From Callorhinchus milii (taxonomy: Eukaryota): DNA of 60,000 bases. The stretch's first letter is position 1; each line of letters opens with the position of its first letter. The stretch covers positions 69,566,001 to 69,626,000 of the forward strand of contig NW_024704743.1 in assembly GCF_018977255.1 (NCBI RefSeq), read 5' to 3'. Under the pieces are notes generated by a model. The model ran no database searches. It was not told the origin of the DNA and saw only the letters and a list, made by a program, of their open reading frames with translations. The position numbers and the translations under genes were made by a program. Of the stretch, positions 38,360-48,723 are shown piece after piece.

Positions 38360-39519
38360 ATGCGTGGAACTCTCAAACCTGGAGATAGGTTTCTGCAAGA
38401 ATCAGACAACCGGCTGTCAAAAAAACCACACTTCACAATGGTGAAGTTCTTGGAGATATTTTGACATTGCTGACAAGATATAAATTGCCAGTTTTATAAT
38501 TCTCTTCATGCTTTTCCTAGTTTCTGTAAGCCTTTAACATAGCAGCAGTATTTTGGCCAGATTGTCAGTGAATTCAAACGCAACAAGGATCCCTTTGGAT
38601 AGGAATCCCAAGATTGATCCTTTGTGATGAAAGAAGTGGCTTATAATGACACTTGGAGATGAATAAAGCCAGATGTGCAGGAATTGTCTTTTTACTCAGT
38701 GCATAATTCAAATTATTGTCAATCTCAGCCCTGACTGCTGCCTATACTTAATCTTGGTCCATTCAGACCAAACAGCCTGAATATGGCACTACTGACAAAC
38801 TGTAGGAAGCAGAATAGCCAGTAATAAGAGATTATATTGCAGTTGCATATTCCTATAGATACATTTAAAAAAATCAGAACATTGAATTTAACAAGTAGGA
38901 AGCAAGGAAGGATTGAATGTAGACTATGGAACATACAGACACTCACTCAGGATTCAATGAATAATTCTGAAAGGAGATCAATCCATGACTGCGCATATTA
39001 TTCTCAAGGCAAAAACTAAAAGAAGTTCTTTGATCAGTTCTTGTAACTTATCCATTAACATGGAAAGGACATATTAAAATGCACTAGTTACAGCCCTCTC
39101 TCTCTGGGCTCCTACTCTCTCACACACTGTAAAATTCTGACTGAAGTCCTAGCTTAGTGAGAAAAGAATCTTCAGAACTGATCCACTCCACTATCATCAA
39201 AGAAAGGCATGGTATGGGTTGTACAGTATTTCTCTTTATACCGTACAAAAGATCCTATAGAGCATAGACCATGCAAAAGTGACATTGTAAATGCGAAGAA
39301 GCCTCTTTGGTGCACACACTTATTTTAAGTATGTTTCGGCCACAAAATATACAGTCAATTCACTTTACAGTGTATTCTGTGAAGTGCTTTGAGACGTCTC
39401 GAAGATGTGATAAGGCACCAAATCAAATGCAAGGATTATAATTATTATTATTGTTATTTAACCCTGGAAATGTTTGGGTTTAGATGGATATTATTCAGAT
39501 GGTCAAACACCAAAATTGT

Positions 39520-39950
39520 CTGTGTCAGCTTAGCTCAGTTGGTAGCATTCTTGCCTCTGAGTCAGAAGGTTGTGGGTTAAAGCCCCACGTAAGGACTTGG
39601 AACTCATATAGTCTAAGCTGATGCTCCAATGCAATGCTGGGGGTATGCTGCATTGTTGGAGGTGCTGTCCTTCGGAGAAGTGAAACCAAAGCCCCTGCAT
39701 GCCTTTTTAGATGGACAATAAAGATCCCATGGCACTATTATAAAAGAAAGGGAGTTTCCTCCATGTCCTGGCCAGCAATCCCCTAATTAAAAATGGTGAT
39801 TCACTCCATGGTTGTTGGTGGGCCACTGCTGTGAATAAAAATTGGCTGCTGCATTTGCCTACACAACACACTGCACTTTACAATATATCCTGCAAAGTGC
39901 TCTGGGATATCCTTCTGATATGAAAGGTGCTATACCAAATGTAAGGATTT
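39520..39950 (+). mobile_element. Near full-length Deu-domain SINE
   Basis: tagctcagttggtagcattcttgcctctgagtcagaaggttgtgggttaaagcccc head; aaagatcccatggcacta Deu-type motif; shared tail. Confidence 0.85.
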
Positions 39951-40199
39951 TTGTAAGTGGTGCTTTCAACAGGAACAATCACCTCACTTTCCTTTCATGC
40001 TACGAGACTCTGTCCGACATGAAGAGCGCTATATAAGTGCAAGCTGGTGTTGTTGTTTTGCGGTTGTTTTTAATGCCCATTATCATAAGCTACTATCAGT
40101 CTTTGTGTTATGTCTTTAACAAGGCAAGCGCTAATCACTAAAAACAGCAACCTTTTTGTTACATCTTCATTTTAGTTAAATACATAACAGAAAGACGAT

Positions 40200-40812
40200 T
40201 ATTTTTCTGACTGGAAGCAAGTGTTTTTGATCTATATAAATGACCTGGACTTGGGTATAGGGAGTAAAATTTCCAAGTTTGCAGATGATACTAAGCTAGG
40301 GAAAGTAGCAAGCAGTGAGGAGGATAGTACCAGACTGCAAATTGACATAGACAGACTGGTAAAATGAGCAGATATATGGCAGATGAAGTTTAATGTGGAG
40401 AAATGTGATGTGATGCATTTTGGGAGGAAGAATGAGGAGAGGCAATATAAGCTGATGGTACAATCTTAAAGGGGGTGAAGAGAGAGACCGGGGGTTCATA
40501 TAGGTAAATCTTTGAAGGTGGCAGGACAGGTAGATAAAGCTGTTAAAAAAGCATACGGGGTACTAGGCTTTATAAATAGGGACATAGAATACAAAATCAG
40601 GAAGTTATGATGAACCTTGCACACTGGTTAGGCCTCAGCTAGAGACCGTGTTCAGTTCTGGGCACCACACTTTAGGAAGGATATTAAGGCATTGGAGAGG
40701 GTGCAATGGAGATTTACCAGGATGGTACCAGGAATGAGGGATGTCTGTTATTGGGAAAGGCTAGAGAAACTGGGATTATTCTCCTTGGAGCAGAGAAGGT
40801 TAAGCGGAGACT
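40200..40812 (+). mobile_element. CR1 ORF2 fragment (different subfamily from 11641)
   Basis: aagtttgcagatgatactaagctaggg (KFADDTKLG); gttcagttctgggcaccacac (VQFWAPH). Confidence 0.88.
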
Positions 40813-41714
40813 GTGGATTAAGACTCTGGATTCTACCTAACAAGCTCTTCTCTGCGTGTGACCTATCCTGACTTATCCACATCTTCTATGCTCATCCTGT
40901 GTAGCTGATAAGATAATGTTGGTACTTTACTGAATGACTGAAGCGAGGCATTTGTGCTTTCAGAATTAATGTTCCTGCAATTCACACATGACTGTCGTGT
41001 AGGTGGTCCTTGTAGGTGGTGCAATTATACAGACTGCGAAACACAGCTTCTCAAACATTGTCTGGTATATGACCACCCTCTGTCATTATGGGGAAAATAT
41101 ATATCACCAAATTAATGTTGGGTGGACATTGTTATGAACAGAAACAGTTTATTAGAATTTATCCCTGTTTTATGGTGGAACTCACAAAGTGTGCTTCTTT
41201 GGACCCAGTAGTATTTTTAAACAAACATGATATGCCACCTTCCTGAAAATGTCTAAACACATCTCTGGGGAATGATTGTACAAACCAGCAGGCGCTCGTC
41301 TGCAGGGCATTTTGTGGAAAGCTCCAAAAACAGGGTTTGTCAGATTCCTGTACAATAGGACCTCCAGCACACTTTCATTCTGCAAATCTAGGTCAGAGAC
41401 ATGCCGACAGGCTTAGCTGAGCAAGGATGGGAGATTCCCTACAGGGAATGTATATCAGTATTTCTGTAAGCTCCTCCAAAGGTGAAGAGATATTTGGCTA
41501 TGATAAAAAGTTTTAAATCGTACTGTTTTATGCACTTCTACCTTTGTGCTGATGAAATTATGCTGCCATTGAAGTTATAATAATAATAATAATGGTGCTT
41601 ACATTTGATACAGAGCCTTTTCACATCGTTGAGCCCTTCACAGAATACACTGTCAAGTGTAGTAGAGTCACTGTGTGTATTTTAAGAGCATATTTTTAAG
41701 TAAAGCCTAAATAG

Positions 41715-41879
41715 TGGGGTGGAATTTGTGGTATTTCATATTATCTTTCTCGTGATAATTATTACCAATAACAATTAACGTCAACTTACAATTGGAAATT
41801 TCTTCCCATTTTGACATTTAGAATCAACGATAATTATCGTAAGGAATGCATTAAGAAATTTACTGTAAATTTCGCCCCA
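41715..41879. mobile_element. MITE-like element with imperfect terminal inverted repeats
   Basis: tggggtggaattt ... aaatttcgcccca; internal gataattat motifs are also inverted. Confidence 0.55.
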
Positions 41880-42201
41880 ATGTCTATCCTATCCCAATAA
41901 CAGCTTCTTGCATTGTTAAACCAGATGTAGCATGCTGCAGACAGCAATAATTTTAAGGGTTCAGACAGTCTCATAAAATATATTAAAAAAGTAGTTTAAA
42001 GAACTTTTTAACTGTCCTGTAAAACCAAACAATACAGACTTTCATTATTCAAATACTTGTTCTTATTTATAATGTATGTTTTTAAGTGGAAGTTTTATTC
42101 TGTCTCCGTTCAGTTGTTATGTCAAAGCTGTCACTGTGCCTCAGGTCCTCAGTATACAATGAGAATGAATTTTTAGGTGAGATTTGTGTAGAATAAATTG
42201 T

Positions 42202-42587
42202 GAAGTCCTGTAACATATTGGTTAGATCACTTGTCTCATAAGCGAGAGGACATGTGTTTGATTCTCGGGCATGGAGAAACCTTAGGAAAGTTTCCTTACT
42301 CCGAACGCCTTTATTCACCAGCAGTAAGTAGGATCCCAGTTGTTAAGTCAATTAGCAAATCACTTTTCCAGGGGTAATAATCCCTTCAAAAAANGATATA
42401 AATAAAAATAATAATTGTCGCTCAATTCATGACTATTTGTGGGACACTGCTGTGCACAATTGCTGCCATGCTTCACCCACAAAATATACAGTCAATTCAC
42501 TTCACAGCGTATTCTGTGGAGTGCTTTGAGATGTCTCAAAGACGTGATAAGGTGCTATAGCAAATACAAGGATTATTATTATTATTA
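42202..42587 (+). mobile_element. Older, longer variant of the tRNA-headed SINE (extra ~64 bp internal segment); contains an N at 42394
   Basis: Same head, body and tail as 37587 plus ttattcaccagcagtaagtaggatccc...gggg at 42311-42374. Confidence 0.8.
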
Positions 42588-43237
42588 GAACCCCAGTTGT
42601 GACAACGTGCGCTTATAATGGAAATTTGTATTGTGAAGGGACAATGAGATCAGAAGAACAGGTGAACTTTCAGAAACGTTCCTCAACAACATTACTGCTT
42701 ATATAAGCATTTTTTAAATGGCAATAAACTTCTGTACAGGATTAAAACACGCTGTGTTACGTTAATACACAAATGTTAAAACCTCTTTAAAGGTCGTATA
42801 TGATATTTTTGTCCATTGCTCTCTTTGCCTTTCCTGAAGTCGATGAAATGGGGTGGATTACAACAAGTTCTGTAGGAAGTGACAGCTTTTTTAGTACTTT
42901 GGCTAAGTGGCCATTTGTCATATATGCATGTCAAAAGGTGACGTTACACACGTCTAAGAGATGTGCCATTCAAGCTTGATCCTGTCTGTACCCAACGTCC
43001 ACACATTTGCACATTCCAGAAGTCATTGGATTGGGATCAGGAATAAAAATACTAATGGGTTGATTTTCTCAACAACAAGTTGCATTTATATAGTGCTCTT
43101 CAAATGGGGTTGCGTCGCCGAGCGCTTATCTCCACCGTATATTAAGATTAGCGCTAAGGCAAAAGCTAAGGATCGATTTTGGGATTGATTATTGATCTGC
43201 ATTTCCCAGTACCATACTTTACAGCATTTGTGCAAAG

Positions 43238-43290
43238 TTTATTGTATAAATGCTTCAATTCACTTTTCCCAGATAAAAGAATGCTTTATT
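43238..43290 (-). terminator. Candidate RFTN1 polyadenylation signals
   Basis: Two minus-strand AATAAA hexamers (plus-strand TTTATT at 43238-43243 and 43285-43290) about 0.5 kb past the stop, after an AU-rich, repeat-free UTR-like stretch. Confidence 0.5.
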
Positions 43291-43737
43291 TAGAAAAATG
43301 AAATCAAACACACATAACCTGGAAAATAATGATTGTTACTGAATTAAACATATTTCATTTTGTATAAAAATGTTACATTTTTGATTGTTACATCAATTCG
43401 TCTCATGTGAAAAAAAGCAATAAAAAAATCTCATTTGAATATTTTTACACATTATTAATTCTGTTGTTAAAATGTAACACTAACAATTGTAGCATCAGAT
43501 AAGAAAAGACATGAACCAGTGGCCTACATCTGTATTAGTTTCTATTGCACAGCAAGCAAAGGGGGTACAAGTTGTTTGACCTCATTCACTATGTCAATAA
43601 AGAGTCAATAAGGCTTAAAAAGTTTATCAGAACAGTAAAAAGTATATTACAATCTAGCAGGTAAAAGAATATTCCACAGGATAAAACACGATAAATTTTT
43701 ATTTTCTTCTGATCTCAGTTATAATCGGAGTTCTGCT

Positions 43738-44349
43738 TTACTCAGCGCCTGCATTACCACCATCAAACGTTGCTGTTCCATCTTCCTCTTTCTCTGGTAC
43801 CAACTCAGTTATTTGTGTGCCAGGCAAAGCTGTTTCCCCTGAGGCTTCAGCTGCTGCCTCTTCAGCTGGAGCAATGCCAAGCTCCTGACTGGGGCCTGGG
43901 TACGTACCACTCACTGGAGCTGCAATTTCTGCTTGACTGACCTCTTCCTCACATCTGTTACTAGTGTCGTTCCAAAATTTATTCTCAATCTCTTCCCGTT
44001 CATCTTTAAGATCCTCTTTTTCCCAAATGTCTTTCATGTCACTGCCTTTATCCAGTGCATTTTCTGAAACGGAGATTTCACCAGCACACCCAGTCGTTTC
44101 TGCAGCTTTCTGCCTTTCTGTGTTTTGCACACAGTCAGAGTCTTGCAAAGGCTCAGCTGCTGCAGCACTTTCCTTCTCATCTTCCTCTGCTTTCAAGGGA
44201 TTTTCATTGTCACCATTCACTTTGCCTTCCACCCCTGCTGTGCTTTGCCCCTGATTTTCTGCCTTGTTTGCGTCAGCCAGTTTGCCATTTTTCAGCTTTG
44301 AGCAGTTTTTGCTTTGCTTGCTTGTCTTATCATCTTTTGCCGATTTTTT
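43738..44349 (-). CDS. RFTN1: RFTN1 terminal coding exon (acidic low-complexity tail, 203 aa + stop)
   Basis: Minus strand ttccttgccttcag|AAA AAA TCG...; phase 0, in frame with track ORF 43738..44232 (39 extra codons KKSAKDDKTSKQSK...); ends AGAE TAA. Confidence 0.88.
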   Translation of the reverse strand, partial: KKSAKDDKTSKQSKNCSKLKNGKLADANKAENQGQSTAGVEGKVNGDNENPLKAEEDEKESAAAAEPLQDSDCVQNTERQKAAETTGCAGEISVSENALDKGSDMKDIWEKEDLKDEREEIENKFWNDTSNRCEEEVSQAEIAAPVSGTYPGPSQELGIAPAEEAAAEASGETALPGTQITELVPEKEEDGTATFDGGNAGAE

Positions 44350-45720
44350 CTGAAGGCAAGGAAAGAAATCACATCAGTATCCACACACTTTGCAGTTGTT
44401 CTTCACAGCTGCACCCATAACTTGTCACCCCAGTTCTATTGTTTTTCCAGGAGGCCAACTTCTCTACCTTCTAGCTTGCAGTTTGCACACAATGCACCTT
44501 CCCCTCTGCGTGAGAAGGTTTTGGGTTCAAATCCCATATCAGGGACTTTGAAATTACAGTCTAGGATTGCACTCCAGTGCAGTGTTGGGTGTCATCCTTC
44601 AGATGAGCTGTCTGCCTGTTTAGGTGGACGTTAAAGAACCAATGACACTAGTCGAAAAGAGAAGGGATTTTTTTCCCCAATCATGGCCACAAATCCTGCA
44701 GTTGAATTAGTCATTCACTTTCTGTGTGTCTGGGGGATGTCACTGCGTAAAATCTGCCTGGCACGTTCATCTACAAAAACACAATCACTTTACTTAACTG
44801 TAATTACTGTGAAGTTCATTGACACATTTTGATATGATAAGGCATTAGTTACATCAAATGCAAGGATTATGTAATCCATGCAGTTCAAACCAATCCCATT
44901 CAAATGTGTCTAAAGCACCCACAGCATTTCATGCTCAACTTTGCTTTGATAATTCATCAATTTGCAATAGTTTAAGATGCAGAAATACAGAATTGCTTCG
45001 CGAGACTACAGTATCTGTTCAAATGAATGGAGCTTATCGTTTGCTAATGATATATTTCTTTGATGTTTCCCTGCAGGAAAGAGGTTTTTTTTTTCTCTTG
45101 GTGTTGTAAATAGGGAGTAGAAAAGAGGCTGTATGACTCATGTGGTCCCTATGAGATTTGAATCCATATGAAGTAACATTGGGCCTCTCTGGAGTGGAAA
45201 GGATTAAAGTCTGCCACATAGTTCTGAGGTGGTGCTGCGAGGAAAACAATTCTGATGATGGAATTGCTGACAAATCTGTATTGCACATGTACTTCTGCTG
45301 TTGCAATATGTGGTTCGCACCTCAGCAAAAGCTGGTTAAAGCAGGAACAAAAAAAAATTGCAATAGTTTCAGAGCATTCTTTTTCTTATTCAAGGATTGT
45401 TTAACTACAAGAAGAAAGACACCCCTCCCTCTTGTTTGAGTGGTTTGCTCCCCTCCAGGACAACCATTTTGTTAGACCCTGACACAAGGACTTTTTAATG
45501 TTGTAAATTCTATGCCTTACTTTGTGCTGTAAGTTCCTTCCTTGTTAAATAGTGCTGTCTCAGTGTTGATCTTCTGTGGTGGATCTTCTGTGGGTTTCCT
45601 CAACTCAAAACATGAACTTTTAATGATCAAGTGGACTACTCCTGAATTCTCCAAGCCAAACACCAAAATTCTGTGTGTTTTGGCCGCAAAGATTCCTTAT
45701 TAACACAAATTTTGCTTGTT

Positions 45721-45868
45721 GGAGGGTGGTGTTGGGGGAGGGGGGAGGGTGGTTTGGGGGAGGGGTGGTGTGGGGAAGCAGAGAAGGTGGTTTGGGGGGA
45801 GGAGGGGGTGGTGTGTGGGGGTAGGGTGGTGGGGGAGGCGGGAGGCTGGTGTGGGGGAGGGGGGGGCG
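45721..45868 (+). repeat. G-rich degenerate minisatellite (GGTGGTKTGGGGGAGG-like units) in the last RFTN1 intron
   Basis: About 7-8 imperfect units with many runs of three or more G. Confidence 0.8.
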
Positions 45869-46714
45869 CAGTGGATGTATAACAAGATTTTAAAATATAA
45901 ATAAATAGCTTGCTAAAAGCAAATTTCCAGGGCCAGAAAGCAACCCAAAAGGCTAATGGGCTCCTGGGCTTTATAAAAGGGTGTTGGAATATAAAAGCAT
46001 TGATAACATACAAGCAATTTGATATTTACTTGGAAAGCAAAAATTTGCAAAGCTATGGGAAATAGCAGTGGAGTGGGACTAATTGGAAAGCTCTTTCAAA
46101 GAGCAGGCACAGGCACGATGGGCCGAATGGCCTCGTTCTATGCTGTAGAATTGTATGATTCTATAACAAGCAAAGATTTGCACGTTTGAATAGATCGCTG
46201 AATGGGCTTCATTCTGAGTATACGCATTACATTGAGGTTATCTACCACTAAACTCCATTCTCCATTCCTTAAGCATCACTAAATTTTCAAAATGATCGAG
46301 GAGCACTCTCCTCAAAGCCATTTCTAAATGGTATTAATAACTTACATTTAAGTTAGTTATAGTGATTGGGAGATTGTATTGCAAGATGACTGTATTGGAT
46401 TTTATTTAAGCCTAGAAAAAATACATCATAATACGTTCTTATGCTATCTTTTCCATTTTCTCTTTTTTGAATATTGTATCATGATCTTAAAGATGATAGC
46501 ACACTGTTCAAAAAAGAGAGGGGAGTTTCTTTCAGTGGCCAAACAATTGCATAGACAATTATATTATAATAAACCTTTAGATTTGCCAAAGGGCTTAGAA
46601 AACTAAGTATCTCAGAGCACTTCATTGATAATTGTTGTACCTCCAGATTTGTAGGAAGCATAGCAGCCAATTTCTGTATTGCAGTGTCCCACAGAGAACC
46701 TTGAAGTGAATCAC

Positions 46715-47040
46715 CATATAGGCTGTTTCCACTGGTTGGGGAGTCCAGAACCAGGGAACACAAATTTAAGATACCGACTAGGGGATACAAAAGAGATTTT
46801 AAGAGGAACTACTTCACGCAGAGAGTAGTGAGATTGTGGAACTCACTGCTTGCAGCGGTGGTTGAATCAGATGGTGTAAATGCATTCAAGAGGAAGCTAT
46901 ACTTTCACATGAGGGAGAGGGAATAGAAGGGTATGGGAAAGAGTAAGGAATGGGTGAAGACTTGTGTGGAATATAAGCACCAGCATGGACTGGTTGGGCC
47001 GAAAGGCCTGTTTCCGTGCTGTACATTCTTTATAAGTACT
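46715..47040 (+). mobile_element. CR1 3' fragment
   Basis: tccagaaccagggaacacaaatttaag, cagagagtagtgagattgtggaactcact, gggccgaaaggcctgtttccgtgctgta. Confidence 0.85.
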
Positions 47041-47299
47041 ACTTTGTAAGTGTCAATTCATCCAAGGGTTTGCTGGGCTAGGAAAGTGGAACTCCATCAT
47101 TCTCTTTTAGAATAATTTAACATTTAAAATATTTTAATATATAAGTATTTAAGAGGAACTTGATGCATACATTAGTGAGAAAGAAAAGGAAGGGTTGGAA
47201 GAAGGAATTGAGAGGCATGAAGGCTCATGTGGAGTATAAACATTAGCACAGATTAATTGGCACATTTCTATGCAGTAACGTTTTATGTTTAGTTCTACG

Positions 47300-48150
47300 A
47301 ATAACACCATGGGATCTTTAAAGTCCATCTGAACATCCAGACAAATGGGACCTCAGTTTAACGTCTAATCCAAAGGATGGCACCTCTGAAAGTGCAACAC
47401 TCCCCCAGCATTGCATTGGAGTGTCAGATAAGCCAAATTTGAGTTCACACCCACAACCTTCTGACCCACTGGTGAGAGTGCTACCAACTGAGCCAGGGTG
47501 ATACTTAACTGAAAACATCAGGGTGTAACTCCAACAATTAGATCAATCTAAAAGGTTAAAGTCATAATTTATCCTTAATCATTAATTGATTTTAGTTGCG
47601 TACAGTAGACCTATAGTATAATATTAATAATGTTCCTTTAAACAGCTTTTTATACAAACATGTTACAACAACAACAACAAAATTATATTTATAGAGAGCT
47701 TCTCAAGTCGGGAGGATGTCCCAAGGCACTGAAATGTTAATTTAATAATAATATTATTAAATGTTAATAAACAAAATTTTTGTCTCATTAAAAAAAATCA
47801 ATATTACAACTATTATCCTCAAGGATAATAGTTCACCTCTTAGTCAGAAGCTTGCAGATTCAAGCCACGTTGGAACTTTGAATTCACAATATAAGGTGAC
47901 ACTCCGATACGTTGCTGGAGTATGCCACCTTGTTGCAGATGCAATCTTTCAGATAAAATATTAAATTAAAGTCCTGTCTGCCTCTTCAAGTGGATGTTAA
48001 AGATCCCATGGCACGATTTGAAAAAGAGAAGGGAGTTTCTCCCGGTGTCCTGGCCAACAATCCTCCCCAGTATAATTGGTCATTCACTTCATGGCTGTTT
48101 GCGGGAAATAGCTGTGCATAAAAATTAGCTGCCTAACAAATAAGCAGTCA
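47300..48150. mobile_element. Divergent pair of Deu-domain SINEs (- at 47300-47500, + at 47830-48150)
   Basis: ccatgggatcttt...ccttctgaccc...ctaccaactgagcc (minus) and tcagaag...gttaaagatcccatggcac (plus). Confidence 0.78.
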
Positions 48151-48641
48151 ATACACCGTATAGTGAATCTTGAATATATCACTGCCAGACTACATATGTT
48201 TTCCCACACTCTGGACAATCAAGAAGTCAAGGGAAAAAGTTCATTTCCAGCAATTAAAGGGGCAAGGCCTTCTTGCCACGCCGGAATATTTGTTGACCCT
48301 TTATCTATTTGTCAAGATATAGCAAAAAAAATCAAAGCAATAAATATTAGCAGAGTCTGTCCTGGCTCCACTCTGCCTCTACAATAAATAGTCCTCTTGA
48401 CAGTCACTTGAATAAGATCCTGATTCTAATAAAGGGGAGAAAGGGATTTGCAATTGCTGCAACCTTCATGCTTCAATTAAACTCTAAACTCAACAGGGTT
48501 AAACACTAATGTGCTGACCCTGCAGATTTAAAACACACACTTTTAAAGCAGTTTCCCATACAAATTTACTGCTGTGCTGAATTACTGTGAAGCTGCACTT
48601 GCTGCCAAGGAAAACAAAAAGAGGAATGTTAGGCCATTTAC

Positions 48642-48723
48642 CTTTGACTCTCTCTTCTTTTCTTTGCGGGGTAATGAGGGTCTCTGAAGAAAAACAATCT
48701 GCTTTGTACCAAGGTTCCCTTCG
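48642..48723 (-). CDS. RFTN1: RFTN1 penultimate coding exon
   Basis: Minus strand gtgttttgcag|C GAA GGG...TCA AAG|gtaaat; 82 nt, phase 2 to 0; EGNLGTKQIVFLQRPSLPRKEKKRESK with the raftlin hallmark KQIVFLQRP. Confidence 0.93.

Noticed and set aside
41182..41385. Minus ORF preceded by a tttgcag acceptor-like site
   Set aside because: No recognisable protein family or partner exons, and it lies beyond the RFTN1 stop and poly(A) signals.
43964..44420. Plus-strand ORFs overlapping the RFTN1 last exon
   Set aside because: Antisense shadows of the low-complexity coding exon.
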